Assembly: GCA_040757835.1 (NCBI GenBank) | Contig: JBFLWJ010000006.1 | Location: 66,512 to 130,511, forward strand | Length of the DNA: 64,000 bases | Origin: Actinomycetota bacterium | GTDB lineage: Bacteria > Actinomycetota > Geothermincolia > Geothermincolales > RBG-13-55-18 | Reading direction: 5' to 3' | Shown here: positions 1 to 9,781 of the stretch, piece by piece | Position numbering within the stretch: the stretch's first letter is position 1 | Layout of the letters: each line of letters starts with the position of its first letter | Program-made: the position numbers and the translations under genes | The notes under the pieces: model-generated | Database searches by the model: none | Seen by the model: the letters and a program-made list of their open reading frames with translations, nothing else | Told to the model about the DNA's origin: nothing

Positions 1-54
1 GCGCGGGCTGGGGCGGCCAGCCCTTGAGCCGCGGGACTCCGGCGCCGATATTGC

Positions 55-63
55 TGTTATAAT
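55..63 (+). promoter_or_regulatory. Extended -10 promoter (TGnTATAAT) for the polysaccharide operon
   Basis: TGtTATAAT at 55-63, ~100 bp upstream of the ATG at 167. Confidence 0.55.
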
Positions 64-166
64 GAACCCTGTTGGTGGGGGGACCGTCCAAATGTGGGCT
101 TTATCAGCGGGACAAGGTCCTCTCGCGCGGCGCAGATGAGCGAGCGGCCATGGGAAAGGTTGGAGT

Positions 167-2485
167 ATGAAAGTTCAGGATATCATCCCGGCGATCACCA
201 AGAGGATCTGGATCGTCATCGCCATGGTGCTCTTATCGACCCTGGTGGCGGCGGTAATCGCCCAGGTGCAGTCCCCGGTGTACAAGGTGGAGACGGCCAT
301 GTCGGCCACCGCGCCCATCAACCCGACCACGAAACTGCCCGACGCCACGGTGCAGGCCGCCTATATCGCCCTGATGCCCTCCATCGCCAACTATGCCGAG
401 AGCATCGGGGTGGCGGATGCGGTCAGCGTCCGCCTGGCCAACCAGGGCATCGAGGTCTCCCCCGAGGAGCTGCTGAAGAAGGTCAGCGCCGTGCCGGAGG
501 CCAACTCCACCTCCATGAAGATCACCTTCAGCGACAGCAAGCCCGACCGGGTGGCGGACATCGCCAACGCCTGGGGGGACGTGATGGTGCTCAAGACCAA
601 CCAGACCACCGAGTTCTACGACGAGGAGTTCAAGAAGCTGCTCTTGAACGGCAACATCGTCTTCACCAACCGCGCCGTCGTCCCCGAGAAGCCCACCCAG
701 CCCAAGACCTTCGCCTATGTCGGGCTGGGCTTCTTCGTCGGGCTGGTCATCGGGCTGGTGCTGGTGCTGCTCATCGAATACTTCAACCCGCGCTTCCGCA
801 ACCCCCGCGAGGTCGAGGAGACCCTGGACCTGCCCATGCTGGGAGTGCTGCCGCGGGAGAAGGGCGCCCGCAGCACGGCCCTCCTCTCCTCCTTCGGAGA
901 GGGCTCGCGTACCTGGGAGGCCTACTCCGAGCTGCGCTCCAGCCTGATCATGCCCCCCGAGGGGTCGCCGGCGTCCGTACTGGTGGCATCGGCCATCCCC
1001 TTCGAGGCGGGGGCCGCCGTGGCCGCGAACATCGCGGCCAGCATCGCCAACACCGGGCGCAACATCCTGCTGGTGGACTGCGACCTGCGGGGGCGGGCCC
1101 TCTCCAGGCTCATGGAGGCCGCCGAGAAGACCGGCCTCTCGGACGCGCTGCAGAAGGGGGATGCCCTCGGGGGCGCTGTAGTCGCGTCCAGGATAGCCAA
1201 CCTCTCCTTCCTCCCCGCCGGCTCCAGGAGGGACAACTCCACCGACCTCCTCTCCCTGCCCGCGTTCGCCGAGGGGCTGCGCGAGCAGGAGCTGCGCTTC
1301 GACAAGGTGCTGCTGTACGGACCTCCCCTCACCGGCTCCGTGGACGCGGCGGTCGTCGCCGCGCAGGCCGAGGCGAGCCTGGTGATCATAGACGCCGACC
1401 ACTGCACGCGCAAGGCCGCCCAGGAGGCCATGTTCAGCTTTGAACGCCTGGGCATCGTGCCCACGGGGGTAACGCTGGCGAACGTGAAGGTCAAGGGCCG
1501 CGAGCGCGCACCGCGCACCAGCGAGGCAAAGCCCGCGCGGGGTGAGACGCAGGCAAAAGGCGGAGCGCCCGCCGCCCCGGTTGCCGCTCCCCCCGTGGCA
1601 GCGGCGCCGGTTGCCGAGGCGGAGCCGTCCGTACCCCGGGAAAAGAAGAGCGGGCGCGCCAGGGAACGGCAGGACAAGAAACAGGCAGCCGCAGCTACGG
1701 CGGCCGCGGCCTCAGCCGCGGTGTCCTCCGCCACGCTGGCCACCGGTGCGCAAAAGGCCGGGGAACGGCCGGAGGAGAGGCCACCCACGGAAACGGCGGC
1801 CATGGCCATGGCGAAAATATCCGACGCGGCCCTGGCCGAGGCGGTCGAGGAGGAAGTGCTCGAGGAGGTCGCGGAGGACATCGGGGAAGCGTCCAGCGCC
1901 GCACCGTCCGCCTCCACGCCCTCACCCCCGCCTTCGTGGGACCATACCCCCGCCGCCGCCCAGGACGGGCTGCAGAAGATCAAGGAGAGCGTCGCGGAGG
2001 ACTTCCGCCGCATGGGGGAGACGGGCGCCCCCATCCCCAAGAACTGGCTGCGGGCCCTCAACTCCGACAAGGCGGACGTCCGGGAATCGGCGACGGCCGC
2101 GATCACCATCTATTACCGTTCTTTCCTGCGCCGCTACAATATCGGTGACGAGAGCGTTGGGCGCATCACCGCTTCCATCATCCAGATGATGCGCCGCGAG
2201 GGAGAGTACGCGGGCATAAGCGAGGAGGAAGCGCAGCGCCGCCTGAAGCAGATGCTGGTGGACGCGGGCGCAAGGTTATCGTTCCCCACGCCCGCCGGCG
2301 CCCCTCCCGCCCCCGGGCAGTCCGGCGGTACGGGGCCGGGCGTGGCCGGGGAAGGCGAGAAGGACGTGAGGCGCCAGGAGAAGAGGCGCTTCCGCCTGGA
2401 TGGCCGGGGCGGCAGGAAGGCGGCCGGAAGGGGCGGGGGCACGGCGCCAAAGCCCGGTGAGGAAGAGGGCGGCGACTGGGAATAG
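167..2485 (+). CDS. Wzz/CpsC chain-length determinant fused to a CpsD/CapB-like (probably inactive) tyrosine kinase domain, with a long low-complexity C-terminal extension
   Basis: Two TM segments (IWIVIAMVLL.. and YVGLGFFVGLVIGLVLVLLIEY), 'FRNPREVEETLDLPMLGVLP' linker, Walker A' LLVDCDLR; Walker A region reads SAIPFEAGAA and Walker B reads VLLYGPP; RBS GGAAAGG upstream. Confidence 0.8.
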   Translation: MKVQDIIPAITKRIWIVIAMVLLSTLVAAVIAQVQSPVYKVETAMSATAPINPTTKLPDATVQAAYIALMPSIANYAESIGVADAVSVRLANQGIEVSPEELLKKVSAVPEANSTSMKITFSDSKPDRVADIANAWGDVMVLKTNQTTEFYDEEFKKLLLNGNIVFTNRAVVPEKPTQPKTFAYVGLGFFVGLVIGLVLVLLIEYFNPRFRNPREVEETLDLPMLGVLPREKGARSTALLSSFGEGSRTWEAYSELRSSLIMPPEGSPASVLVASAIPFEAGAAVAANIAASIANTGRNILLVDCDLRGRALSRLMEAAEKTGLSDALQKGDALGGAVVASRIANLSFLPAGSRRDNSTDLLSLPAFAEGLREQELRFDKVLLYGPPLTGSVDAAVVAAQAEASLVIIDADHCTRKAAQEAMFSFERLGIVPTGVTLANVKVKGRERAPRTSEAKPARGETQAKGGAPAAPVAAPPVAAAPVAEAEPSVPREKKSGRARERQDKKQAAAATAAAASAAVSSATLATGAQKAGERPEERPPTETAAMAMAKISDAALAEAVEEEVLEEVAEDIGEASSAAPSASTPSPPPSWDHTPAAAQDGLQKIKESVAEDFRRMGETGAPIPKNWLRALNSDKADVRESATAAITIYYRSFLRRYNIGDESVGRITASIIQMMRREGEYAGISEEEAQRRLKQMLVDAGARLSFPTPAGAPPAPGQSGGTGPGVAGEGEKDVRRQEKRRFRLDGRGGRKAAGRGGGTAPKPGEEEGGDWE

Positions 2486-2499
2486 GAAAGGAATGACCT

Positions 2500-2589
2500 G
2501 GGGTCAGCCCGGGATATGGGTGACTGTGGTTGGTGCGCATAGTGACCGCCCAGCGCGATTCTCGAAGTCCCATGTCCGGGGGTGACCCC
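2500..2589. repeat. Variant copy of the ~91-bp inverted-arm dispersed element
   Basis: ggggtcagcccgggatatggg ... cccatgtccgggggtgacccc, 90 bp end to end, same length as the copies at 14037, 43988 and 61612. Confidence 0.65.
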
Positions 2590-2615
2590 GCTTATATGGA
2601 GGTTGTGAGCGAGAG

Positions 2616-4331
2616 ATGGAGCGGGTAGCCCGGCTTTCGAAGAACACCGCGGCCCTGGTGGGCGCGAGGATCGTGACCTCGAGCCTCACCTTCATCCTGG
2701 CCATCATCATCAACCGCAACCTGGGCCCGGAAGCGGCCGGCATCTACACCTACGCCTTCACCCTCTACACCATCTTCCAGGTGATACCGGACTTCGGCCT
2801 CGGTAACATATCCATCCGCGACGTCTCCCAGCAGGTCTCCCGGCTGCGCCGTTACTTCGCGAACATCGTGTCGCTGCGCTTCCTCCTCGGCCTCATCGCC
2901 TTCTCCCTGCTCATGTTGACCAACTTCATCAGCCTGGCCGTGCAGGGGTCGGGGGGGCTGTCCGGGGACAAGTTCTGGGTGGTCTTCACCATCGCCTTCT
3001 GCCTCCTGGTCGAGCAGCCGTTCTCCAACTCCCTGTGCGAGAACTTCATCGCCCTGGAGAGGCTGGGGGTGGTGGCCCTGGTCTACCTGATCATGGGGAT
3101 CATGAAGGTGGCCATGTCCATCTACGTGGTCACCGCCGGCTTCGAAAACGTCCTCGTCTACCTGGTGCTCATCTACATCATCACCATCATCTACTCCATC
3201 TTCCACCTCTACCTGCTCTACCGGCGCGTCCTGCGCCGGACGGAACCTGCCGAGGCGGAGATCAGCGACATGGTGGTGGCCGAGGCGGTCACCCACGGGC
3301 CGGTGCCGTTCGGCGACGCGGCCATGGAGGCGCTGCTCGCGGATTACTCCTATGCCGGGCTGTCCGAGGAGACGGAGAAGGTGGACGCAGGCGCCGGGGA
3401 GGAAACTCAACAACCACCGGTGGCCCCCCCGCCGGAAGAGCCGGCCCTGGTCACCAGGATCGGCCCCTTCACCATGGACGGCAGGTTCTGGCGCTACCTG
3501 CTGGTTAGCGCATGGCCCCTGGCCATCGTCGCCGCGGGCGTGACCATCTACGCCGGCATGGACGTCCCTCTCATCTCCTGGATCAGGGGAGACACCGAGG
3601 TGGGCTTGTACAGCGCCGCCGGCATGTTCGCGAAGGCCCTGGTGTTCTTGACCCTCGCCCTCAACATGGCGGTGCTGCCGGCTGTCTCCAAGGTGGGCGG
3701 CAAGCATCCCGACCGGCTGGGGCAGGTGTGGGAGCGCCTCATCCACTACGCGCTGCTCCTGGTGGTGCCGCTGGTGGTGATCATCCCCGTGCTGGCCCGT
3801 CCCGTCCTGGTGCTGCAGAGATTCCAGTACATCGAGGCCTGGCCCGCCACCTGGCTGACCATGGCCGCCATGACCTTCACCTTCATGACCGCGGTCAGCT
3901 ACCCCTTCTTCATCGTCATCAACAAGCAGAAGACCATCTCCATCGTGGTCCTCTTCGGCCTCCCCCTGAAGGCCGTCCTGGGGATCGTGGCCATCTCCAT
4001 CTGGGGATATATTGGCGCCGCGGCGAGCGTGCTGCTCAGCGAGTGCGTGGTCTTCTGCCTGCTCTACTGGAAGCTGTCACGCGACCTCGAGCACCGTATA
4101 AACTTCCTCCGCTTCGCGGGGGTACCCGCGCTCATGCTGGGAACGCTCTACGGTATCGCCTTCGTCCTAAACAGCGCGCTGGCGGTGGGCAAGGACACCT
4201 TCGCGAGCGCGCTGCAGGCCGCCTTTATCATTGCGGCCGCGCTGACGATTGTTTATATAGTACTGGCCATCGTGACCAAGGCCCTGAGCAGAAAGGGCTT
4301 GCAGGAACTGAACGAGCTGCTTACGGTGTGA
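2616..4331 (+). CDS. Wzx-type flippase (PST/MATE-like polysaccharide exporter)
   Basis: 'RLSKNTAALVGARIV', 'DFGL', 'VGLYSAA' motifs; about 14 hydrophobic segments; acidic internal insertion. Confidence 0.85.
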   Translation: MERVARLSKNTAALVGARIVTSSLTFILAIIINRNLGPEAAGIYTYAFTLYTIFQVIPDFGLGNISIRDVSQQVSRLRRYFANIVSLRFLLGLIAFSLLMLTNFISLAVQGSGGLSGDKFWVVFTIAFCLLVEQPFSNSLCENFIALERLGVVALVYLIMGIMKVAMSIYVVTAGFENVLVYLVLIYIITIIYSIFHLYLLYRRVLRRTEPAEAEISDMVVAEAVTHGPVPFGDAAMEALLADYSYAGLSEETEKVDAGAGEETQQPPVAPPPEEPALVTRIGPFTMDGRFWRYLLVSAWPLAIVAAGVTIYAGMDVPLISWIRGDTEVGLYSAAGMFAKALVFLTLALNMAVLPAVSKVGGKHPDRLGQVWERLIHYALLLVVPLVVIIPVLARPVLVLQRFQYIEAWPATWLTMAAMTFTFMTAVSYPFFIVINKQKTISIVVLFGLPLKAVLGIVAISIWGYIGAAASVLLSECVVFCLLYWKLSRDLEHRINFLRFAGVPALMLGTLYGIAFVLNSALAVGKDTFASALQAAFIIAAALTIVYIVLAIVTKALSRKGLQELNELLTV

Positions 4332-4365
4332 AGGTGACCGGTCCGGTGTTCGGAATGAGAGGCAA

Positions 4366-5421
4366 GTGATGACATTCGGCCGGAGATGCAAGTTGTATCT
4401 GGCGGCGCTGGTGATCCTCGCCGCCGGCCTGCTGTCGAGCGGATGCGGCTGCGTCCTGGGCCAGATCATCGACCAGGCCGGCGTGACCGTGAGGGGACTG
4501 GCCTGCGCCAACGAGATCGCCCAGAAGGCGGGCGAGGGCTACGACGTACGCGAGGCGCGGGCCAAGTGGCTGGAGGCCCTGGACGCCTATAACCAGGGCG
4601 ACTATTCCAGGGCGGACGAGCTAATCGACGCGACCTACGACGCCATGGCCGACATGGAGAAGGTGGCGGAGCGGGTGTACTACCCGAGCTCGGGCGGTCT
4701 GACCGTCTCCGGCCTGCTCTTCCGCCCCGCCGAGGGCAGCGGCCCCTGGCCCACCATCATCGTCAGCCACGCCGGTTTCGGCACCGCCGGAGACTTCAGC
4801 GACGTGGCCCTGATCATACGGGACCAGGGCTACCTGGTCTTCAACCCCGACTTCCGGGGCAGCGGCATGTCAGAGGGCAGCCACGAGGGGGCCAAGGGGG
4901 AGGTGGACGACGTGATCGCGGCCATCGACTACCTGGAATCGGAGGGGCTCATCGCGGACGGGCGCATCGGCCTCTACGGCCAGAGCCACGGCGCCGCGGT
5001 GTCGGTGCTGGCCGCGGAGCGCGACCCGCGCATCAAGGCGGTGGTGGCCGAGGCGGGCTTCTACGACGCCGTTGACCTCTACAACAGCGGCATCAACTCC
5101 CCCGACCCCAACGTCAAGAACGTCCTCAACGAGATGCTGCCAATGGTGGGCGGCACGCCCGAGCAGGTCCCGCAGGAATACGCCGTGCGCTCGGCGCTGA
5201 ACTACGTCGATTCCATGCAGGCCGCGACCCTGCTCATCCACGGCGAAAAGGACCCCCTCTGCCCCGTGGACCAGGCGCGCCGGCTCTACGACGCGCTGCA
5301 AGCGGCCGGCAAGACGGTGGAGATCAAGCTCTACCCCGACGAAGCCCACTGCGTCGTCGATCCCGCGGGCCGGCTGGAGGTGTGGGACCTCATGTTCGCC
5401 TGGTTCGAGGAGTATGTCTAG
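4366..5421 (+). CDS. Exported S9/DAP2-like alpha/beta hydrolase, probable lipoprotein
   Basis: Signal peptide ending LLSSGC; GQSHG nucleophile, HGEKD acid, EAH His; HAG and PDFRG oxyanion region. Confidence 0.8.
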   Translation: MMTFGRRCKLYLAALVILAAGLLSSGCGCVLGQIIDQAGVTVRGLACANEIAQKAGEGYDVREARAKWLEALDAYNQGDYSRADELIDATYDAMADMEKVAERVYYPSSGGLTVSGLLFRPAEGSGPWPTIIVSHAGFGTAGDFSDVALIIRDQGYLVFNPDFRGSGMSEGSHEGAKGEVDDVIAAIDYLESEGLIADGRIGLYGQSHGAAVSVLAAERDPRIKAVVAEAGFYDAVDLYNSGINSPDPNVKNVLNEMLPMVGGTPEQVPQEYAVRSALNYVDSMQAATLLIHGEKDPLCPVDQARRLYDALQAAGKTVEIKLYPDEAHCVVDPAGRLEVWDLMFAWFEEYV

Positions 5422-5468
5422 CGGGCGCGGCGGGGCCGCACCAGCCCGGCCAATGCCCGCGTGGGGTG

Positions 5469-6908
5469 ATGAGTATGCCGAGCGATGAGCGCGACAGGCC
5501 GGCGCCGGTCTCACCGGAGCTGTACACGCGCGAGTACTTCACCACCGACTGCGAGGGGTACGACCTCTTCCTGCAGGGGGCGGAACGGCTCCCCGAGCGC
5601 ATCGAGGTGGCGCTGGACTCCGCGGGAGACCTACGCGGCAGGCGCATCCTGGACATAGGGTGCGGACGCGGCGAACTGGTGTGCGAGGCGGCGCGGCGCG
5701 GGGCGTACGCCGTGGGCATCGACTACGCCCAGGCCGCCATCGAGCTCTCGCGCGAGCGCCTGGCCAAGCTGGACACGGAGCTGCGGGAACGGGTGGAATT
5801 CCTCCTGGCCAACGCCACGGGGCTGGATTTTCCCGACGGCAGCTTCGACGCCGTCTTCCTGGTGGACGTATACGAACACCTCCACCCCCACGAGATAGAG
5901 CATACCCTGGGCGAGGTGAAGCGGGTGCTGCGTCCTGGCGGCCGCCTCGTCGTGCACACCGGGCCCAACACCTGGTTCTACCGCTTCGGGTATCCCTTGG
6001 TGCGCGAGGCGGCGCGCCGCCTGCTGCGCCGTGAGTTCCCGGAGAGCCTGCGCGGGCAGTACGACGACATCATGCACGTGAACGAGCAGGACCCCCTCTC
6101 CCTTTACCGCGGCCTGACCGCGGCGGGATTCAAGGCGGCGGTGAGGCCGCGCAGTTTCCTGGAGGGCATCGACCCTGAGAGCTGGGAGAAGGCGATGATG
6201 GGGGTGCTCTTCGCGCGGCCCCTGGGATACCTCTTCTGCACCAGCCTCATGGCCACCGCCGTCCCCCGCGAAAGCGGCGGCGAGGCGCGCCTGCGCACTG
6301 TCCGCATGCTGCGCATGCTGGACACCGTACAGGGCGACATCCTGCTGGTGGGCGAGGGCGAGGGCATGCTGGCGCGGCGTCTTGCCGGTCGGGACGGCGT
6401 CCGCGTCACCTGGCTGGAGCCGGGGAGCCCCGGGGGGGTGGCGGGTGAGTCACCCCTGGTGGCGGAGGGATACGAACGCCTGGTGGGCGGCCCCGACTCT
6501 CCGCCCTCCGCGCCCGGCGGCTTCGGCGCCGTGGCGGCGCAGTTCACCCTGGACGAGGTGGAGGACCCGGCCGCGGCGCTGCGCGCCTGGCATGGGGCGC
6601 TCAGGGACGGGGGAGCCCTGGTCCTGGCGGCCCGCAACGGCCTCTTCGGGGGCCCCGAGCAGAGGCCCTCTTCCCGGCCCCGCCGCACCTTCACCCCCGC
6701 GGCCCTGTCAGCCCTGGTGGAGGAGGCGGGCTTCGCCGTGGGCGAGGTCTCCACTCTCCTGCCCGACCTCAAGCTGCCGGCGCTCTACCGCGGCGACCTG
6801 GGTTTCGCCCTGCGCCTGGAACGCATACCATATTTTGCCATGAAGGGCAAGCTGCTCTTCCTGCGCGCCGTGAAGGGCCCCGCGCCCGGAAGGGGGAAGG
6901 CGCCGTGA
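5469..6908 (+). CDS. Tandem class I SAM-dependent methyltransferase (two MTase domains)
   Basis: Domain 1 ILDIGCGRG..GID..FPDGSFD..VYEHL; domain 2 ILLVGEGEG (degenerate motif I). Start moved from 5382 to the ATG at 5469 (or 5475) to avoid overlapping the upstream gene. Confidence 0.8.
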   Translation: MSMPSDERDRPAPVSPELYTREYFTTDCEGYDLFLQGAERLPERIEVALDSAGDLRGRRILDIGCGRGELVCEAARRGAYAVGIDYAQAAIELSRERLAKLDTELRERVEFLLANATGLDFPDGSFDAVFLVDVYEHLHPHEIEHTLGEVKRVLRPGGRLVVHTGPNTWFYRFGYPLVREAARRLLRREFPESLRGQYDDIMHVNEQDPLSLYRGLTAAGFKAAVRPRSFLEGIDPESWEKAMMGVLFARPLGYLFCTSLMATAVPRESGGEARLRTVRMLRMLDTVQGDILLVGEGEGMLARRLAGRDGVRVTWLEPGSPGGVAGESPLVAEGYERLVGGPDSPPSAPGGFGAVAAQFTLDEVEDPAAALRAWHGALRDGGALVLAARNGLFGGPEQRPSSRPRRTFTPAALSALVEEAGFAVGEVSTLLPDLKLPALYRGDLGFALRLERIPYFAMKGKLLFLRAVKGPAPGRGKAP

Positions 6909-8056
6909 GGGTGGGGATCGACGCGCGCGGCCTCTGCAACATCAACCGCACGCGCGGCATCGGACGCTACACCGCGCGCCTCACGGAGGCCCTGGTTGGT
7001 TCGGCGGGCAAGGATACCGCCTTCACCCTCTTCGGTTACGGGGAGGGCCCGGAACCGGGGCTCCTAGACGCCGGGGTGCTGGGCAGGGTGGAGTGGCGCT
7101 CCATGCGCCATGTCGAAGGCCTGTCCTACGCGGGGCTGCTGGCGGACCACCTGAGCATGGCCCGGGCCGTGAATTCATCCGGGGTGGACCTCTTCCACGC
7201 CATGGACCACAACATGACCCCCTTCCTGCGCGTCCCCAGCCTGGTCACCGTGCACGACCTCATCCTGCTGGTGCTGCGCGGTCCCTACCTCGGGCCCACG
7301 GCGTGGGCGTGGATGCTGGCACACAGGCGCGCGGCGCGGCGGGCGCGCCTGGTGGTGGCGGTGTCCGAGAACACCCGCCGCGACGTCGAGCGCATCTGGT
7401 CCATCCCCGGGGAGCGCGTCGCCGTGGTCCACGAGGGGGTGACGCCGGAATACCGTCCCGTCGAGGACGCGGAGAAGCTGCGGGAGGTGGGCGAGGGCTA
7501 CGGCATCGCCGCGCCATACTTCCTCTACCTGGGCGGTTTCGACCCCCGCAAGAACCTGCGCAACATGCTCGCCGGCTTCAAGCTCTTCCTCCTCGCCACG
7601 GGCGCTGTCCACAGCCTGGCGCTGTGCGGGGACGCCAGGGGGTTCGAGGGCTACCTGACCGATACCGTGGAAGAACTGGGGCTGGAGGAAAACGTGGTTC
7701 TCACCGGCTTCGTGCGCGAGGATGACCTGCCCGCCCTCTACAGCGGGGCGGACGCCTTCGTGTGCGTCTCCCTCTACGAGGGCTTCGGGCTGCCGCTGCT
7801 CGAGGCCATGGCCTGCGGTACGCCGGTGCTGGCATCGGGCGTATCCTCCATACCCGAGGTAGTGGGAGACGCCGGGCTGCTGGTGGACCCCCTGGAGCCG
7901 GCGGAGATAGCCGCTGGCCTCGAGCGCCTGGCCGGTGATGAGGGCCTGGCGGCGGAGCTGTCCGCGCGGGGGCGCGAGCGCGCGGCCGCCTTCACCTGGG
8001 AACGCGCGGCCGGGCGCATCCTGGAGCTCTACGGGTCCGTGAGGGGGGGTGGGTGA
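6905..8056 (+). CDS. GT4 family glycosyltransferase
   Basis: MRVGIDAR start, 'TVHDLI', 'VSENT', 'PRKN', 'EGFGLPLLEAMACG'; GTGA overlap with previous gene. Confidence 0.9.
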   Translation: MRVGIDARGLCNINRTRGIGRYTARLTEALVGSAGKDTAFTLFGYGEGPEPGLLDAGVLGRVEWRSMRHVEGLSYAGLLADHLSMARAVNSSGVDLFHAMDHNMTPFLRVPSLVTVHDLILLVLRGPYLGPTAWAWMLAHRRAARRARLVVAVSENTRRDVERIWSIPGERVAVVHEGVTPEYRPVEDAEKLREVGEGYGIAAPYFLYLGGFDPRKNLRNMLAGFKLFLLATGAVHSLALCGDARGFEGYLTDTVEELGLEENVVLTGFVREDDLPALYSGADAFVCVSLYEGFGLPLLEAMACGTPVLASGVSSIPEVVGDAGLLVDPLEPAEIAAGLERLAGDEGLAAELSARGRERAAAFTWERAAGRILELYGSVRGGG

Positions 8057-9677
8057 GCTGAAGGTACGCGAGGAGAAGAGGTCCCTGGCCGGCTCACCCG
8101 CACTGATACGGGTGATGGCGCTCCTGGCCGTCATCGGCTTTCTGGGGCTGCTGGTCGGCGCCATGTCCTCGCGCCTGCCGGTGCTCATCCTCTTCGGGGT
8201 CCTCGGGGGGGTGGCCCTGCTGGTCATCGTGTGGTTCTACCCCTTCTTCGGGGTGGTGCTGGCCTTCATCTCCAACCTCATCATCCCCCAGGCGGGGCCC
8301 AACTGGAACCTGGGCATCCAGGTGGCCATCGTCGGGGAGACGCGGGGGCTCCACTTCAACGTGCACGAGATCATCATGGCCATGGTCCTTCTCGCCGTGC
8401 TCATAAAAATCCTCATCAGCGTGTGGAAAAAGGACTGGGACGACGTGAGGGACCTGGTGAGAAGCCCCATCTCCATCGGGGTGGCCCTCTACGTGCTCAC
8501 CAGTATCCTGGCCTGCTTCATCGGGCTCATCAACGACGCCGAGGGGTTGCTGGTGCTCTTCCGCTTCGTGCGCACCACCTTCTTCTTCTACATCTTCTTC
8601 ATGATGATCTACATCGTCAGGAACCGCAGGCAGTTCCAGGTGCTGATAGTTGCCATGCTCGTCTGCTTCACCCTCATCGCCGCCTTCGGGCTGGTGCAAA
8701 AAGCCCTGGGCGAGACCTGGTCCAACCAGTTCAACGAGAAGGTGCTGAAGAGGCTCGGCTACCCGGCCGATATCAACTACGTCGCGGGCGAGAGCAGCGC
8801 CCAGGCCTACCGCATCAACTCCACCTTCGCTCACCCCAACATCCTGGGAGGGTACCTGGTCTTCGCCCTGCCCTTCTTCGTGAGCTTCCTCAGCCTTACC
8901 TGGCGCCTGCAACGCTACCGGCTGTGGCTGCTGTTGCTCGTGGCCCTGGGGATAAACCTCGCCGCCCTCTTCCTCACCGGCTCGCGTGCGGCCTGGGTGG
9001 CCGCCGGGGTCATCGCCTTCCTCTACGGCATCTTCGGCTTCTTCGACCGCCGCATGTGGCTGGTGCTGGTCACCGTGCTGCTGGTCTTCGCGCTCATCTT
9101 CGTCATGCTCAACCCGCCCGAGTTCGTGAAGAAGCGCTTCAGCGGCCTGAGCGCCAAGGAAGCCGCCGATTCACGCATGTACCAGTACAAGCTGGCCCTG
9201 GACTACTTCCTGGAGCACCCGCTCTTCGGCATCGGAATGGGCATGGAGGGGCAGCGCATCATCGAGAACAACCTGCGCTACACCTGGGCCGCGGTGGAGA
9301 ACGTCTGGCTCACCTATATGGTCTCCCATGGCGTGGTCGGGCTCAGCGCCCTGCTGCTGGTGTTCATCCTCTACTGGATGGTCCTGTTCAAGGCGCGCAG
9401 CGGGTCGAAGAACGATCCCTTCATCTACTTCAACGCCGAGGCCTTCATCCTGGGCATGGTCGGTTTCGCCGTGTCCAACATGTTCGGTGCCTGGCTGCTC
9501 TTCGCCATCCCCATGGTCACCCTGATGTGGTTCTACATGGGCATGGCGGGGAGCCTGTACAATATCTACCAGGCCGAGCAGGAGGTCACCCAGCCGGAAC
9601 TGCCATCTCCCGAGCCTTTCGTGTCCGCCCTGCCCTTCCCTAACGCCGCCTATCAGGAGCCGCGCGGTACGCCATGA
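8049..9677 (+). CDS. O-antigen ligase / Wzy polymerase family membrane protein
   Basis: Multi-TM; 'RINSTFAHPN', 'LTGSRAAW', 'HPLFGIG', 'ENVWL' (HNxYL-like) motifs. Confidence 0.85.
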   Translation: MGELKVREEKRSLAGSPALIRVMALLAVIGFLGLLVGAMSSRLPVLILFGVLGGVALLVIVWFYPFFGVVLAFISNLIIPQAGPNWNLGIQVAIVGETRGLHFNVHEIIMAMVLLAVLIKILISVWKKDWDDVRDLVRSPISIGVALYVLTSILACFIGLINDAEGLLVLFRFVRTTFFFYIFFMMIYIVRNRRQFQVLIVAMLVCFTLIAAFGLVQKALGETWSNQFNEKVLKRLGYPADINYVAGESSAQAYRINSTFAHPNILGGYLVFALPFFVSFLSLTWRLQRYRLWLLLLVALGINLAALFLTGSRAAWVAAGVIAFLYGIFGFFDRRMWLVLVTVLLVFALIFVMLNPPEFVKKRFSGLSAKEAADSRMYQYKLALDYFLEHPLFGIGMGMEGQRIIENNLRYTWAAVENVWLTYMVSHGVVGLSALLLVFILYWMVLFKARSGSKNDPFIYFNAEAFILGMVGFAVSNMFGAWLLFAIPMVTLMWFYMGMAGSLYNIYQAEQEVTQPELPSPEPFVSALPFPNAAYQEPRGTP

Positions 9678-9724
9678 GGTGACCGCCGCCGTCGAAAGAG
9701 CAGCGTCACCATACATAAAACAGT

Positions 9725-9752
9725 TTGCAATTCGAAACCATTCGGTTATAAT
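9725..9752 (+). promoter_or_regulatory. Sigma70-type promoter upstream of the riboswitch/adhesin
   Basis: TTGCAA (9725-30), 16 bp, TATAAT (9747-52) in an AT-rich intergenic stretch. Confidence 0.65.
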
Positions 9753-9781
9753 GTAGTTGCCATAGATAGCGATAGCAGCTC

